Shown: positions 1 to 9,128 of the stretch, piece after piece
Numbering within the stretch: the stretch's first letter is position 1
How the letters are laid out: every line of letters begins with the position of its first letter
Assembly: GCA_049840735.1 (NCBI GenBank)
Contig: JASGJN010000022.1
Location: forward strand, 288,001 to 352,000
Source: Anaeromyxobacter sp.
GTDB taxonomy: Bacteria; Myxococcota; Myxococcia; Myxococcales; Anaeromyxobacteraceae
Length of the DNA stretch: 64,000 nt
Direction: 5' to 3'
Notes under the pieces: model-generated
What the model saw: only the letters and a program-made list of their open reading frames with translations
Databases searched by the model: none
What the model was told of the DNA's origin: nothing
Made by a program: the position numbers and the translations under genes

Positions 1-894
1 CAGGTCCGGCGCGCCGGGCGCACCGCCCGCTTCCTGCGCGTCGCCGAGCGCGGCCGGTTCATCCGCGCGCGCGCCTCCGACCTGCCGGCCGGCGCGGTGG
101 CGCTGCCGGCCGGCGCGGAGGTGGACCCGGGCGCGATCGGGCTGGCCGCCGGGCTGGGGCTGCAGGAGCTGATCGTCCACCGCCGGCCGCGGGTGGCCAT
201 CCTGCCCACCGGCGACGAGCTGGCGCCGCCGGGCGCGGCGCTGGTCCCGGGCCAGCAGCACGAGTCCAACGGCGTGGCGCTGGCCGCGGCGGTGCGCGAG
301 GCCGGGGGCGAGCCGCTGCTGCTGCCCGCCGCCGCCGACGACGCCGCGGCGCTGGCGGCGGCGCTGGAGGCGGCCCGCGGGGCCGACGCCCTGGTCACCA
401 GCGGCGGGGTCTCGGTGGGCGTGCGCGACCTGGTGCGCCCGGCGCTGGTCCAGGCCGGCGCCACGGTGGACTTCTGGCGCGTGGCCATGCGGCCGGGAAA
501 GCCGTTCCTGTTCGGCCGCTGGGGGCGCACCGCGGTGTTCGGCCTGCCAGGCAACCCGGCCAGCGCGCTGGTGACCTTCGAGCTGTTCGTGCGCCCGGCG
601 CTGCGCGCGCTGGCGGGCCTCCCCGGCCACGGCCGCGTCGAGGCGGAGGCGTCGCTGGCGGCCGCGCAGGAGAAGCCGGCCGCGCTCGAGTCCTGGCTCC
701 GCGTGAGGCTGCGCGCCGGCCGCGGCGGGTGGGTGGCGGAGCCGCTGCGCACCCAGGCCTCCGGCCACCACTCCTCGGCGGCCGGGCACGACGCCCTGGC
801 GGTGCTGCCGGCGGGGCGGGCGCGGCTGGCCCGCGGGGCGCGGGTGAAGGTCCGGCTGGTGCGGGCGCCGGCGCCGGAGCGGCGCACGCGGTGA
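1..894 (+). CDS. moeA: Molybdopterin molybdotransferase MoeA (5' truncated by window edge)
   Basis: Motifs RPRVAILPTGDEL, ESNG, TSGGVSVG, VAMRPGKP, GLPGNPAS; first gene of a Moco cluster. Confidence 0.93.
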   Translation, partial: QVRRAGRTARFLRVAERGRFIRARASDLPAGAVALPAGAEVDPGAIGLAAGLGLQELIVHRRPRVAILPTGDELAPPGAALVPGQQHESNGVALAAAVREAGGEPLLLPAAADDAAALAAALEAARGADALVTSGGVSVGVRDLVRPALVQAGATVDFWRVAMRPGKPFLFGRWGRTAVFGLPGNPASALVTFELFVRPALRALAGLPGHGRVEAEASLAAAQEKPAALESWLRVRLRAGRGGWVAEPLRTQASGHHSSAAGHDALAVLPAGRARLARGARVKVRLVRAPAPERRTR

Positions 895-959
895 CGCAGG
901 CCCGCCCGGCGTCGTGCGCCGGGGCGGGCGGGCCGGTATCGTTCGGGGCGGAGGAGCGG

Positions 960-1466
960 ATGGGACACGAGGAGCACCGGCGCGAGGCGCCGCGGCAGGT
1001 GAGGGTGTTCGTGATCACCGCCTCCGACACCCGCACCGAGGCGGAGGACGAGAGCGGGCGCTGGCTGCGCGAGGCGGCGGCCGCCGCCGGCCACGCGGTG
1101 GTCGGCTACCGGCTGGTGAAGGACGAGCCGGACCAGCTGCGGGCCGCCCTGGCCGAGGCCGCGGCGGCTGGCGCGGACGCGGTGGTGGTGGACGGCGGCA
1201 CCGGCGTCTCGCGGCGCGATCGCACCTACGAGGCGGTGGCCGGGCTGCTGGAGAAGCGGCTGGACGGGTTCGGCGAGCTGTTCCGGATGCTCTCCTGGGC
1301 CGAGATCGGCAGCGCGGCCATGCTCTCGCGCGCGGTGGCGGGCGTGTGGGACGGGCGGGCGGTGTTCTCGGTGCCGGGCTCGGCGGCGGCGGTGCGGCTG
1401 GCCTGGGAGAAGCTGATCGGCCCGGAGCTGGGCCACGTGGTGCGCGAGCTGCGCAAGCAGCCCTGA
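960..1466 (+). CDS. moaB: MoaB/MogA family molybdenum cofactor biosynthesis protein
   Basis: VITASDTRTEAEDESG, GGTGVSRRDRTYEA, GFGELFRMLS, SAAMLSRA, PGS; GGAGG RBS before ATG 960. Confidence 0.9.
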   Translation: MGHEEHRREAPRQVRVFVITASDTRTEAEDESGRWLREAAAAAGHAVVGYRLVKDEPDQLRAALAEAAAAGADAVVVDGGTGVSRRDRTYEAVAGLLEKRLDGFGELFRMLSWAEIGSAAMLSRAVAGVWDGRAVFSVPGSAAAVRLAWEKLIGPELGHVVRELRKQP

Positions 1467-1510
1467 GGCGGCCGCCGCGCGCGCGGCGGGGCCGGACGGC
1501 GAGGAGCGGC

Positions 1511-2014
1511 ATGGCGGAGGATGCGAAGGGCGGCGGCGCGGCGGCGGCGCGCTTCCACATGATCGACGTGGGGGAGAAGGCGCCCACGCGCCGGCGGGCG
1601 CTGGCGCGCGGCCGGATCCAGCTGGGCCGCGCCGCCTTCGACGCGCTGGTCCGGCGCGAGAACCCCAAGGGCGACGTGCTGGCCCAGGCCGAGGTGGCGG
1701 GCATGATGGCCGCCAAGCGGACCGCGGAGCTGCTGCCGCTCTGCCACCCGCTGCCGCTGGACCGGGTGGCGCTCCGGTTCGAGCTGGTCCCGGAGACCTG
1801 CTCGGTCGTGGCCAGCTGCGAGGCCTCGGCCACGGCCCGCACCGGCGTGGAGATGGAGGCGCTCACCGGCGTGAGCGGCGCGCTGCTGGCCATCTACGAC
1901 CTGTGCAAGGCGGTGGACCCGGTGCTGGCCATCTCCGACGTGCACCTGGCGGTGAAGGAGGGCGGCAAGAGCGGGCGCTGGACCCACCCCGCGCCGCCCG
2001 GGGGCGCGCCGTGA
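1511..2014 (+). CDS. moaC: Cyclic pyranopterin monophosphate synthase MoaC
   Basis: HMIDVGEK, KGDVL, AAKRTAELLPLCHPL, TGVEMEAL, IYDLCKAVD, KEGGKSG. Confidence 0.95.
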   Translation: MAEDAKGGGAAAARFHMIDVGEKAPTRRRALARGRIQLGRAAFDALVRRENPKGDVLAQAEVAGMMAAKRTAELLPLCHPLPLDRVALRFELVPETCSVVASCEASATARTGVEMEALTGVSGALLAIYDLCKAVDPVLAISDVHLAVKEGGKSGRWTHPAPPGGAP

Positions 2015-2292
2015 GCGGCGGGACGGTGCAGGTGACGGTCCGGCTCTTCGGCGCGCTGCGCCGGCTGGCGCCGGGGGCCGAGGTGGTGGTGGAGGTGGCG
2101 CCGGGCACGCCGGTGTCGGCGCTGCGCGGCAAGCTATTTCAGGCGCTGGCCTCGCCCGGCGCGCCCGCCGAGGCGCTGCTGGAGTCCTCGGCCTTCGCCG
2201 ACGACGCGCAGGTGCTGGCCGAGGACCAGCCGGTGGGCGAGGGGGCGGCGCGGGTCACGCTGGCGCTCCTGCCGCCGGTCTGCGGAGGGTGA
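2011..2292 (+). CDS. moaD: MoaD/ThiS sulfur carrier
   Basis: VRLFGALR start, C-terminal LLPPVCGG; GTGA overlap with moaC stop. Confidence 0.88.
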   Translation: MSGGTVQVTVRLFGALRRLAPGAEVVVEVAPGTPVSALRGKLFQALASPGAPAEALLESSAFADDAQVLAEDQPVGEGAARVTLALLPPVCGG

Positions 2293-2296
2293 GGCG

Positions 2297-2737
2297 ATGC
2301 CGACGCTGCTGAAGGTGGTGCAGGAGCCGATCCGGCCGGCGGAGGTGGAGGCCGCGCTGGAGGGGCCGGGGTTCGGCGCGCAGGCGGTCTTCCGCGGCGT
2401 GGTGCGGGACCACAACGACGGCCGGCGGGTGCGGGCGGTCAGCTACGACGTGCACGCGCCGCTGGCGGAGGCCACCTTCCGCGAGATCGCGGGGGAGGCG
2501 CTGGCCCGCTGGGGCCCGGCGCTGGCGCTGGTGGTGATCCACCGCGTGGGGCGGCTGGAGGTGGGCGAGGCCAGCGTGGTGGTGGGCGCCGCCTCGCCCC
2601 ACCGCGACGAGGCCTTCCAGGCCGCGCGCCACCTGATCGAGCAGCTCAAGCTGCGCGCGCCCATCTGGAAGCAGGAGCACTACGTGGACGGCGACAGCGA
2701 GTGGCTGCAAGGGCACTGCCTGCGCCACGCGCGGTAA
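2297..2737 (+). CDS. moaE: Molybdopterin synthase catalytic subunit MoaE
   Basis: FRGVVRDHNDG, HRVGRLEVGEAS, SPHRDEAF, LKLRAPIWKQE. Confidence 0.95.
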   Translation: MPTLLKVVQEPIRPAEVEAALEGPGFGAQAVFRGVVRDHNDGRRVRAVSYDVHAPLAEATFREIAGEALARWGPALALVVIHRVGRLEVGEASVVVGAASPHRDEAFQAARHLIEQLKLRAPIWKQEHYVDGDSEWLQGHCLRHAR

Positions 2738-2807
2738 GCGGCGACCGCGCCGCCGGTGGGCCTCGGCCAGCGCGGGGCCGCCTCGGAGGTCCAGCGCCGG
2801 ACCCTGT

Positions 2808-2857
2808 CCGTTCGGGCTGAGCGTAGCGAGCCCGACGGGCTCGCGAAGTCGAAGCCC
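2808..2857 (-). repeat. Structured palindromic (REP-like) repeat, copy 1
   Basis: Reverse complement GGGCTTCGACTTCGCGAGCCCGTCGGGCTCGCTACGCTCAGCCCGAACGG; near-identical to 44040-44089; lies between convergent genes. Confidence 0.85.
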
Positions 2858-2862
2858 AGCCC

Positions 2863-3258
2863 TCAGCGGGCGAGGTGCCTGGCCAGCTGCTGATCGGTCG
2901 AGCCGATGTGCGTCTGCAGCCACTCGACCAGCCAGCTCTTGGCCTTGATGACGACGGCGGCGGTCGCGCCGGACTCGTCGTGCAGCTTCTTGAGCGCCAG
3001 GTAGTCCCGCACGAACCTGTCGTGCGCGGCCTTGTGGACGGCCAGGCCCGGGTAGGCGCTCGCCTGCATGAGCGCCTCCTCCATGGCGAAGTGCTCGGCC
3101 ACGTAGGTGCCCAGGAAGTCGAAGAGCCGGGTGATCTCGTCCCGGTTCCCCGAGGCCATCGCGACCAGCAGCGCGTCGAGGCGCTTGAAGAGCTCCTGGT
3201 GCTGCGCGTCGATCCCGGGGTGACCGACCGCCAGCGCAGGCGTCCACTTGATCGCCAT
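2863..3258 (-). CDS. Bacteriohemerythrin
   Basis: KWTPALAVGHPGIDAQH, HFAMEE, HKAAH, HIGSTD di-iron ligand pattern; AGGAGG RBS. Confidence 0.93.
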   Translation of the reverse strand: MAIKWTPALAVGHPGIDAQHQELFKRLDALLVAMASGNRDEITRLFDFLGTYVAEHFAMEEALMQASAYPGLAVHKAAHDRFVRDYLALKKLHDESGATAAVVIKAKSWLVEWLQTHIGSTDQQLARHLAR

Positions 3259-3371
3259 GCAGCACCTCCTGCCGGCCAACTTGCCCCGGAGGTCCGCACC
3301 GGGTCAACGGGGCGCGGGCAGCCGTGCGCCGGGGACGACGTCCACCAAAGCGGATGAATGTCCGCAACTGC

Positions 3372-3385
3372 TTGACGACGATCAA
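3372..3385. promoter_or_regulatory. FNR/Crp-family binding site candidate
   Basis: TTGAC-GACG-ATCAA, one mismatch to TTGAT-N4-ATCAA, in a divergent intergenic region. Confidence 0.55.
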
Positions 3386-3470
3386 CCGCCGCGACGATGC
3401 AGCGGCGGTGGACGACAGGATTTCATCAGAGGCACAGCGCGAATCCTCGCCAGCCCGGCCCTTGCGACAC

Positions 3471-3492
3471 TCCATCCGTTTGAACGGATGGA
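3471..3492. promoter_or_regulatory. Perfect inverted repeat, probable operator
   Basis: TCCATCCGTT-TG-AACGGATGGA, about 80 bp upstream of ATG 3571. Confidence 0.5.
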
Positions 3493-3570
3493 CATCCGTG
3501 ATTGGTTGTCCTGCACACGGAGCGGGGACGAGTCGCCATCCCGGCGGCCCACCGCGAGGAGGAGCAGGAG

Positions 3571-4792
3571 ATGCAGCCGAGCAGCAGCAGGAGCTGGAGC
3601 AGGACCGCCGCCGTCGCGCTGGCCACCGCGGGGCTGGCCGCGTGCGCGAAGGAAGCGTCGAGCGGGCCGGACCTGGCCTACGTGGTGGACACCGGCGGCA
3701 CCGCCGGGGTCCCTGCGGTCACGCTGATCGACCGCGGCACGCACGCGGTCGTGAAGACCGTCACCTTCCCCGAGCACGCCGGCCACGGCGTGGGCCACTT
3801 CGCCAACGTCACCGCCGACGGCAAGGAGCTCTGGCTGGCCACGCCCGGGTTCGTGAACGTCTACGACACCGCGGCCTTCCGGAAGTACGACGCGGTCACC
3901 CCGGAGAACCAGGCGCAGTTCGTGAAGCACAGCTTCGAGGTGGGCGACGGCGTGCAGAGCGTCCTCTCGCCGGACGGGCGCTACCTCTTCACCGGGCGGA
4001 CGGCGGCGCCCCGGGGCATCAACGTCTTCGACGTGAGGCGCCACGCCTTCATCGGGAACATCCCCAACGCCGGCACGGCGCCGCACGCCGGGGCGGTCTC
4101 CCCCGACGGCGCCCGCTACTACACCACTACCGCCGCCGGGCACACGGTGGTGGCGTACGATTCTGTCTGGCCTCCCGGCCGCGGCGCCCGGCGACGCCCA
4201 GAAGGTCTTCGAGCTGGACCTGGGCTACGGCAACCTGCACGCGCTGCGGCTGCACCCCAGCGGCAAGTACCTGTTCGTCGGCAACGCCACCTGGCAGATC
4301 CCGGACGGCGCCACGCCCACCTCCGGCGTGAACGTCATCGACCTCACCACCGACCCCCCGAGCATCCTCAAGACCATCCCCGGGCGCCCGCACAACTTCG
4401 CCCTCTCGCCCGACGGGCGCTGGCTGGCCTCGACCGAGCTCAAGGCCAACGTGGCCGCCGACGACTGCGACGCCACCTCCGGTGACCTGGGCAACCGGCT
4501 GCAGCTCATCGACATCGCGACCCTCTCCGAGCCGCAGCCCGACCCGGCGCGGATCGTGGACGTCCACCACTTCGAGACGCCCGGGCTGGGCGGGAGCCAC
4601 GCCGGGTGGGACGACGAGAGCGGGCTGCTCTACTACACGGTGATCGACAACGTCACCACCGCGGGCTGGCTCTACGTGCTCGACACCTCCGGGCTGGAGG
4701 CCGACGCGCCGTCGGTGGCGCCGGTGGGCGACCCCATCTCCATCGGCTGGGCGCCGCACGGCGTGCTCTTCCCCGGCAAGAACGGCGACTAG
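3571..4792 (+). CDS. YncE/YVTN-like beta-propeller lipoprotein (one apparent sequencing frameshift at 4159-4163)
   Basis: Lipobox GLAAC; repeated SPDGRYL/TADGKEL/HPSGKYL blades; GATTC to GATC joins ORFs 3502 and 4328 (AYDLSGLPAAAPGDAQKVFELDLG). Confidence 0.8.
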
Positions 4793-4853
4793 CGCGGACC
4801 GGATCGCGGCCCGTCACCCGGCGGGCCGCGATCCCCTCTCCAACGGAGCTCCC

Positions 4854-5516
4854 ATGTCCCTCCGCCTCCTGGCCGTCCCGGCGGCCCTGGCGCTCGCGGC
4901 CTGCGGTTCATCGCGCGGTGACGAAGCCGTCCGCTGCACCGGCTGCCACGCCACCGCGGCGCTCACCACCGGCGCCCATGCCGCCCACCTGCAGGAAGGC
5001 CCGCTCCGCGGTCCGCTCGCCTGCTCCGAGTGCCACCCGGTTCCCACCGACGCGGCCCACGCCGCGCAGCCGGTGGGCGTCCAGTTCGCCACCGCGCCCG
5101 GGGATTCGGCCGCCGCCGGCGGCGCCCAGCCGCGCTGGGATCCCGCCACGCGCACCTGCGCCGGCACCTACTGCCACGGCGCGACGCTGGGCAGCGCCGC
5201 GGCGCCGGCCTGGGAGACGGCGGCCGGGCCGCCGGCCTGCGGCGACTGCCACGGGGTTCCGCCCGGACCCGGCGGGCACCTGCAGGTGGCGCCGCCCTTC
5301 TGCGCCGGCTGCCATCCGGCGTCGGTGGTGGCGGGGCAGCTGGCGGTGCGCGCAGGTGGTCTTCACCTGGATGGCGAGGTGCAGGCACAACCCTTCGCCC
5401 ACACCCCCTTCAACCACGCGCTGGCCGCGCAGCAGGACCTGGCCAGCTGCACGCCGTGCCATGGGGCGGCGCTCGACCAGCACTGCAACACCTGCCACGA
5501 GGTGTCGCCGCCGTGA
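4854..5516 (+). CDS. Multiheme c-type cytochrome lipoprotein with CxxxxCH/CxxCH paired domain
   Basis: Lipobox LAAC; heme motifs CTGCH, CSECH, CAGTYCH, CGDCH, CAGCH, CTPCH, CNTCH. Confidence 0.88.
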   Translation: MSLRLLAVPAALALAACGSSRGDEAVRCTGCHATAALTTGAHAAHLQEGPLRGPLACSECHPVPTDAAHAAQPVGVQFATAPGDSAAAGGAQPRWDPATRTCAGTYCHGATLGSAAAPAWETAAGPPACGDCHGVPPGPGGHLQVAPPFCAGCHPASVVAGQLAVRAGGLHLDGEVQAQPFAHTPFNHALAAQQDLASCTPCHGAALDQHCNTCHEVSPP

Positions 5517-5561
5517 GCGCCCGCGTCCGTGCCGCGGCGAGGCCGCGGGCGTGGCTCCGGA

Positions 5562-5969
5562 TCAGGGCCGGTCCTGCCTCGGCGTCAGGAACCCGCAGCG
5601 GGGGCCGGGAGCCCTGCTGAGCGCGTGGTCGAGCGTGGCGAGCTTTCCGCCGAGCGCCTCGGCGAGTGCGATGTACCAGCCGTCGTAGGTGGTGACATTG
5701 TCGCGGAGCTCCCAGACGCGGGCGGCAAAAGGCTCGTACGGGAACAGCTCGACCGGGAGCGCGAGCAGGTCGGCGTGGGCCAGGGCCGCGACATCCGCAG
5801 ACACCTCGCCCCTGGCCACGGCCCGCCGGAGGATGTTCGCGGCCTCGACCGGCATGAGATGTGGCGCGGAGAGCGGCGCTCCGGCGAGCACCTGCTCGGC
5901 CCATCGACCGTCCGGGCCGTCGTCGACGAGCAGCGCCACGACCACGGATGCGTCCAGCACGAGCGTCAT
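5562..5969 (-). CDS. vapC: VapC family PIN-domain toxin
   Basis: LVLDASVVV, APHLMPVEAANILRR, NVTTYDGWYIALAE, LATLD. Confidence 0.92.
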   Translation of the reverse strand: MTLVLDASVVVALLVDDGPDGRWAEQVLAGAPLSAPHLMPVEAANILRRAVARGEVSADVAALAHADLLALPVELFPYEPFAARVWELRDNVTTYDGWYIALAEALGGKLATLDHALSRAPGPRCGFLTPRQDRP

Positions 5970-6202
5970 CGGCGGTCCGCGTCGCGGTGGCCCAGGATGG
6001 TGGCACCCGGGAGGCGTCCACCGGTGCGCTCCTTGCGCTCGCGGATGCGCGCGAGGACCGTCTCCTGATCCGGACGGCTCGCCAGCTCGATCAGCTTGGC
6101 GCGGAGGTACTCCTGGAGAGAGCGGCCCGACGAGGCCGCTCGCGCCGCAAGCTCATCGCGCGTGCGGTCCGGAACGTCCCTGATCGTCACCGAGGTGGCC
6201 AT
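5966..6202 (-). CDS. FitA-like ribbon-helix-helix antitoxin
   Basis: SVTIRDVPDRTRDELAARAASSGRSLQEYLR; ATGA overlap with the toxin gene. Confidence 0.88.
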   Translation of the reverse strand: MATSVTIRDVPDRTRDELAARAASSGRSLQEYLRAKLIELASRPDQETVLARIRERKERTGGRLPGATILGHRDADRR

Positions 6203-6218
6203 GCAGCAATGTTGCTGC
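6203..6218. promoter_or_regulatory. Toxin-antitoxin autoregulatory operator candidate
   Basis: GCAGCAA-TG-TTGCTGC palindrome abutting the antitoxin ATG. Confidence 0.55.
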
Positions 6219-6308
6219 GAGTGCCTGCAAAGTGCAAGCAGGGCACCCCGGCGGAACGGGCGTGGCCGCGGAGGCCTGCTCGAGACCACGCCGGCGTTCG
6301 GATGCCGC

Positions 6309-7148
6309 TCAGGCGTCCGGAGGCGGCGCGCCCCGACCCGGAGGCGGACCGCGGTGGTCGCCGTCCGGCGGCGGCCCGGGCGGCTCGTCGCCGGGGCCGG
6401 CCGGCATCAGCGGCGGGGCGGGCACCTTCCCGGCCAGGATGTCGTCGCGCCGGTCCTTGAGCGCGGCGCGGTAGTCGCCGGCCGCCTCGCGCGCGGCCTC
6501 GCGCTGCTCGGGCCGGAGCACCGCCTCCTCGGCCCTCAGGAACGCGCGCGTGTCGGCGGCGTCGAGCGCGTCGAGGATCCGGGTGGCCTCCTCGGCAGTG
6601 AGCTCGCCCCGGGCGCCGCCGCCGGGCGGTCCGCCCTGGCCGCCGAGCGGTCCGCCGCCGCCCATGTCGCCCATCCCGCCGCCGGGAGGGCCGCCCATGC
6701 CCCCCATGCCGCCGCCCATCCCGCCAGGCGGGCCCATGCCGCCGGGGCCGCCGCCGCCCGGTCCGCCGCCGCCCATGCCACCGCCCCCCGGGCCGCCGCT
6801 GCTCTCGGCGATGCCCGCGGCGCTGCCGCCCGCGCCCTGGCCGCCGCCGTGCCCACGCGGCGGCCGCCCGCCGCCGGCGCGGCCCAGCAGGGCGTGCTGC
6901 TCGTGGACCAGCGCGGCGTCGCGCTCCAGCAGCGCCTGCACCTGGGCGTCGTCCAGCCCCAGCGCGTCGCGCTTCGAGACCACGGCCGCCAGCGACGAGT
7001 GGGGCAGGTCGGGCATCGCCCAGGGTGCCAGCCGCCCGGGTTCGACCACGCGTGAACTGGTGGCGCAGGCGCCGAGCAGCGGCAGGGCGAGCGCGGCGGC
7101 GAGCCGGAGCGGGCGCGCGTCGCGGGGCGAGGAGGGCAAGGTGGGCAT
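6309..7148 (-). CDS. Lipoprotein with Spy/CpxP-like motifs and a Gly/Met/Pro-rich insert
   Basis: Lipobox LLGAC; LGLDDAQVQAL and VLRPEQRE resemble the LTxxQ motifs; long GGPGGM low-complexity tract. Confidence 0.6.
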   Translation of the reverse strand: MPTLPSSPRDARPLRLAAALALPLLGACATSSRVVEPGRLAPWAMPDLPHSSLAAVVSKRDALGLDDAQVQALLERDAALVHEQHALLGRAGGGRPPRGHGGGQGAGGSAAGIAESSGGPGGGGMGGGGPGGGGPGGMGPPGGMGGGMGGMGGPPGGGMGDMGGGGPLGGQGGPPGGGARGELTAEEATRILDALDAADTRAFLRAEEAVLRPEQREAAREAAGDYRAALKDRRDDILAGKVPAPPLMPAGPGDEPPGPPPDGDHRGPPPGRGAPPPDA

Positions 7149-7335
7149 GGCGGACCGCGCGCGGGACCGGATCCCGCCGTGAGGAGGGAAAGCGCAGGCG
7201 CCCGGGGAACGCGCACCGCGGGGGGAAGCAAGGGGGAAGCGGCGCTGCATCTCCCGGGGCCTGCGAGAGACACCTTGCGCCCGGCGTGCGCCGCGCGTGT
7301 CTTCGCTCCGTGACGGATTGTTCGCGCCGCCCGGC

Positions 7336-7351
7336 TGGCCCGCGGGTTGCT
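7336..7351 (+). promoter_or_regulatory. Sigma-54 (-24/-12) promoter candidate
   Basis: TGGC-CCGCGGG-TTGCT with correct spacing, about 38 bp before ATG 7389. Confidence 0.6.
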
Positions 7352-7388
7352 CTGGGAGTGCAGCGGGGAAGCAGAAAGGCGCGTCGTC

Positions 7389-7847
7389 ATGATGATCAGC
7401 AGCCTCACCACCACCAGCAGCACCTCGGCCGTCACGGCCACGTCGGCGCAGGGCACCTCGGACGTCAGCACGTTGACGGATCCCGGTGCCCCGCCGGAGC
7501 TGTCCGGCCTCTCGGACGTGATGAGCCAGCTCCAGGAGCTGCAGCAGTCGGATCCGGACAAGTTCAAGGAGGCGATGAAGAAGATCGCCGAGAAGCTGAA
7601 GGCCGCCGCTGGCGACGCCGGCGACGGGTTCCTCTCCGAGCTGGCCGGAAAGTTCGAGAAGGCCGCCGAGACCGGGGACCTCGACTCGGTGAAGCCCAAG
7701 GGACCGCCGCCGGGCGGCCCGCGGCGCAAGCCGGAGGAGGCCTACCAGGCCAACGCGAAGCAGGGGATGTCGCCGGACGACATCGCCCAGCTGATGCAGC
7801 AGGCGCTCTCCGAGGTGAACGGCGGCAGCAGCTCGTCCGCCGCTTGA
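7389..7847 (+). CDS. Hypothetical helical protein with Ser/Thr-rich N-terminus
   Basis: Good codon bias; MISSLTTTSSTS...MSQLQELQQSDPDKFKEAMKKIAEKLK. Confidence 0.75.
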   Translation: MMISSLTTTSSTSAVTATSAQGTSDVSTLTDPGAPPELSGLSDVMSQLQELQQSDPDKFKEAMKKIAEKLKAAAGDAGDGFLSELAGKFEKAAETGDLDSVKPKGPPPGGPRRKPEEAYQANAKQGMSPDDIAQLMQQALSEVNGGSSSSAA

Positions 7848-7913
7848 GCCACCCGCGGCCGGCCCCGCCCGCGCGGCGGGGCCGCAGGCGGTCGCCTCGA
7901 GGGGCCCCGAAGG

Positions 7914-7971
7914 CCGTTCGTGCTGAGCGTAGCGCGCCGGCCATCAGGCCGGCGCGCGGAGTCGAAGCACG
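7914..7971 (-). repeat. Structured palindromic (REP-like) repeat, copy 2
   Basis: Reverse complement CGTGCTTCGACTCCGCGCGCCGGCCTGATGGCCGGCGCGCTACGCTCAGCACGAACGG; between convergent genes. Confidence 0.85.
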
Positions 7972-7975
7972 CCGC

Positions 7976-8766
7976 TCAGCCGGGCGTGCCCCACGCCTCA
8001 CGCACCGCCTCCACCCCGTGCGCCCGCTCCAGCCGCCGCACCGTGAAGTGCGCGCGGGCGGTCTCCTGGTAGTGGGTCATGAAGAGCGTGTTGAGCGCCG
8101 CCCCGCCGGCGGCGCCCAGCACCGGGATGAGCTGCGCCGCGGCCTTGTCGGTGACGGCCACGCCCAGCCGCTGCGCCACGCGCGCCACCAGCGTGACCAG
8201 GGCGGGCGCCCCGTGCTGCGCGGCGGCCTCGGCCACGCCGCGCTGCGCCACGAACTCCGCCGCCTGCCCCACGGCGCGGGCCAGGGCGGCGCGGACCGCG
8301 AAGTAGGCCGAGTCGGCCGCGTCGTCGCCGGCGGAGGGCGTGCCGTAGGCGAAGACCGTCAGGCACTCCAGCCGGGCGGCCACCTGCGAGGTCCTCCCCC
8401 TGCGCCCGGGCGTGATCGGCGATGGAGCGGAGCATGACCGTGAGGGAGAAGGGCAGCTCGACCAGCAGCCCGGGCAGCCCGGCTGCGCCCGGCCACGCCG
8501 CTCGCCACCACCAGGCCGCGGTGGAGCCAGTCGCGCGGGGCGCGCGGCGCGCCGCCGTCGAGCGTGCGCAGCGCCAGGTCGAGCGCGCCGGACAGCGCCT
8601 TCCGGGTGGCCTGGTCGATCTTCCCCCGGGCCGCCTCGGGCAGCCGCTTCACCAGGCCGTCGATGGGCCGGCCGGCCAGGTCGGCCAGACGGATGGCCAG
8701 GCCGGGCTCGTCCAGCGCGCGGCGCGCGGCGGCAAGCTCGGCCTGCTCGTGGGGAGCGAGGGGCAC
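7976..8766 (-). CDS. EcsC family protein (two apparent frameshifts near 8490 and 8388)
   Basis: Pieces across three frames: PGLAIRLADLAGRPI, MLRSIADHARAQGEDL, ARLECLTVFA, KAAAQLIPVLGAAGGAALN..F..HYQ..AR.HFTVRRLER. Confidence 0.8.
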
Positions 8767-9128
8767 GCCGGGATCATGGTCCCGGCGCGTCCGGCGCGCC
8801 AGCGCTCCACGGGCTCCAGCGGGCCGGCGGGCGCGCGGCGCCGGGCCTGGGCAAGGTCAAGCCGGGACGCCGTGAAGGGTAGGGGATCCGCGCACCTCCT
8901 TCGCCGCCCGGTCGGGCTGCGCTGGTCGCGTCCGGCGACACGCGTGCGGCGGCCTGACACGCACCCGTCGTGCCCTCACCGACCGTCGCAAAAGACGTTG
9001 TGGCTCGCGGGCTGCTCGGCCTAGCGTACGGCCCCATTCACCAACAGTGGTCCGCGGCCGAACCGGGGAGAGCGTCCGGCCGCGGATCGTCGTGCACGCT
9101 CCGCACCCCCATTCACCAGAGGTGATCC

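Noticed and set aside
5102..5108. Other GANTC sites (e.g. ~5103, 39878, 48023, 54002) as possible hidden indels
   Set aside because: The reading frame continues across them, with expected motifs where the family is known, so they appear genuine. Only frame-restoring sites were counted.
6620..6880. Tandem GCC/CCCATGCC repeats resembling a repeat array or CRISPR
   Set aside because: This is the low-complexity Gly/Met/Pro coding tract, with no constant repeat-spacer periodicity and no cas genes.
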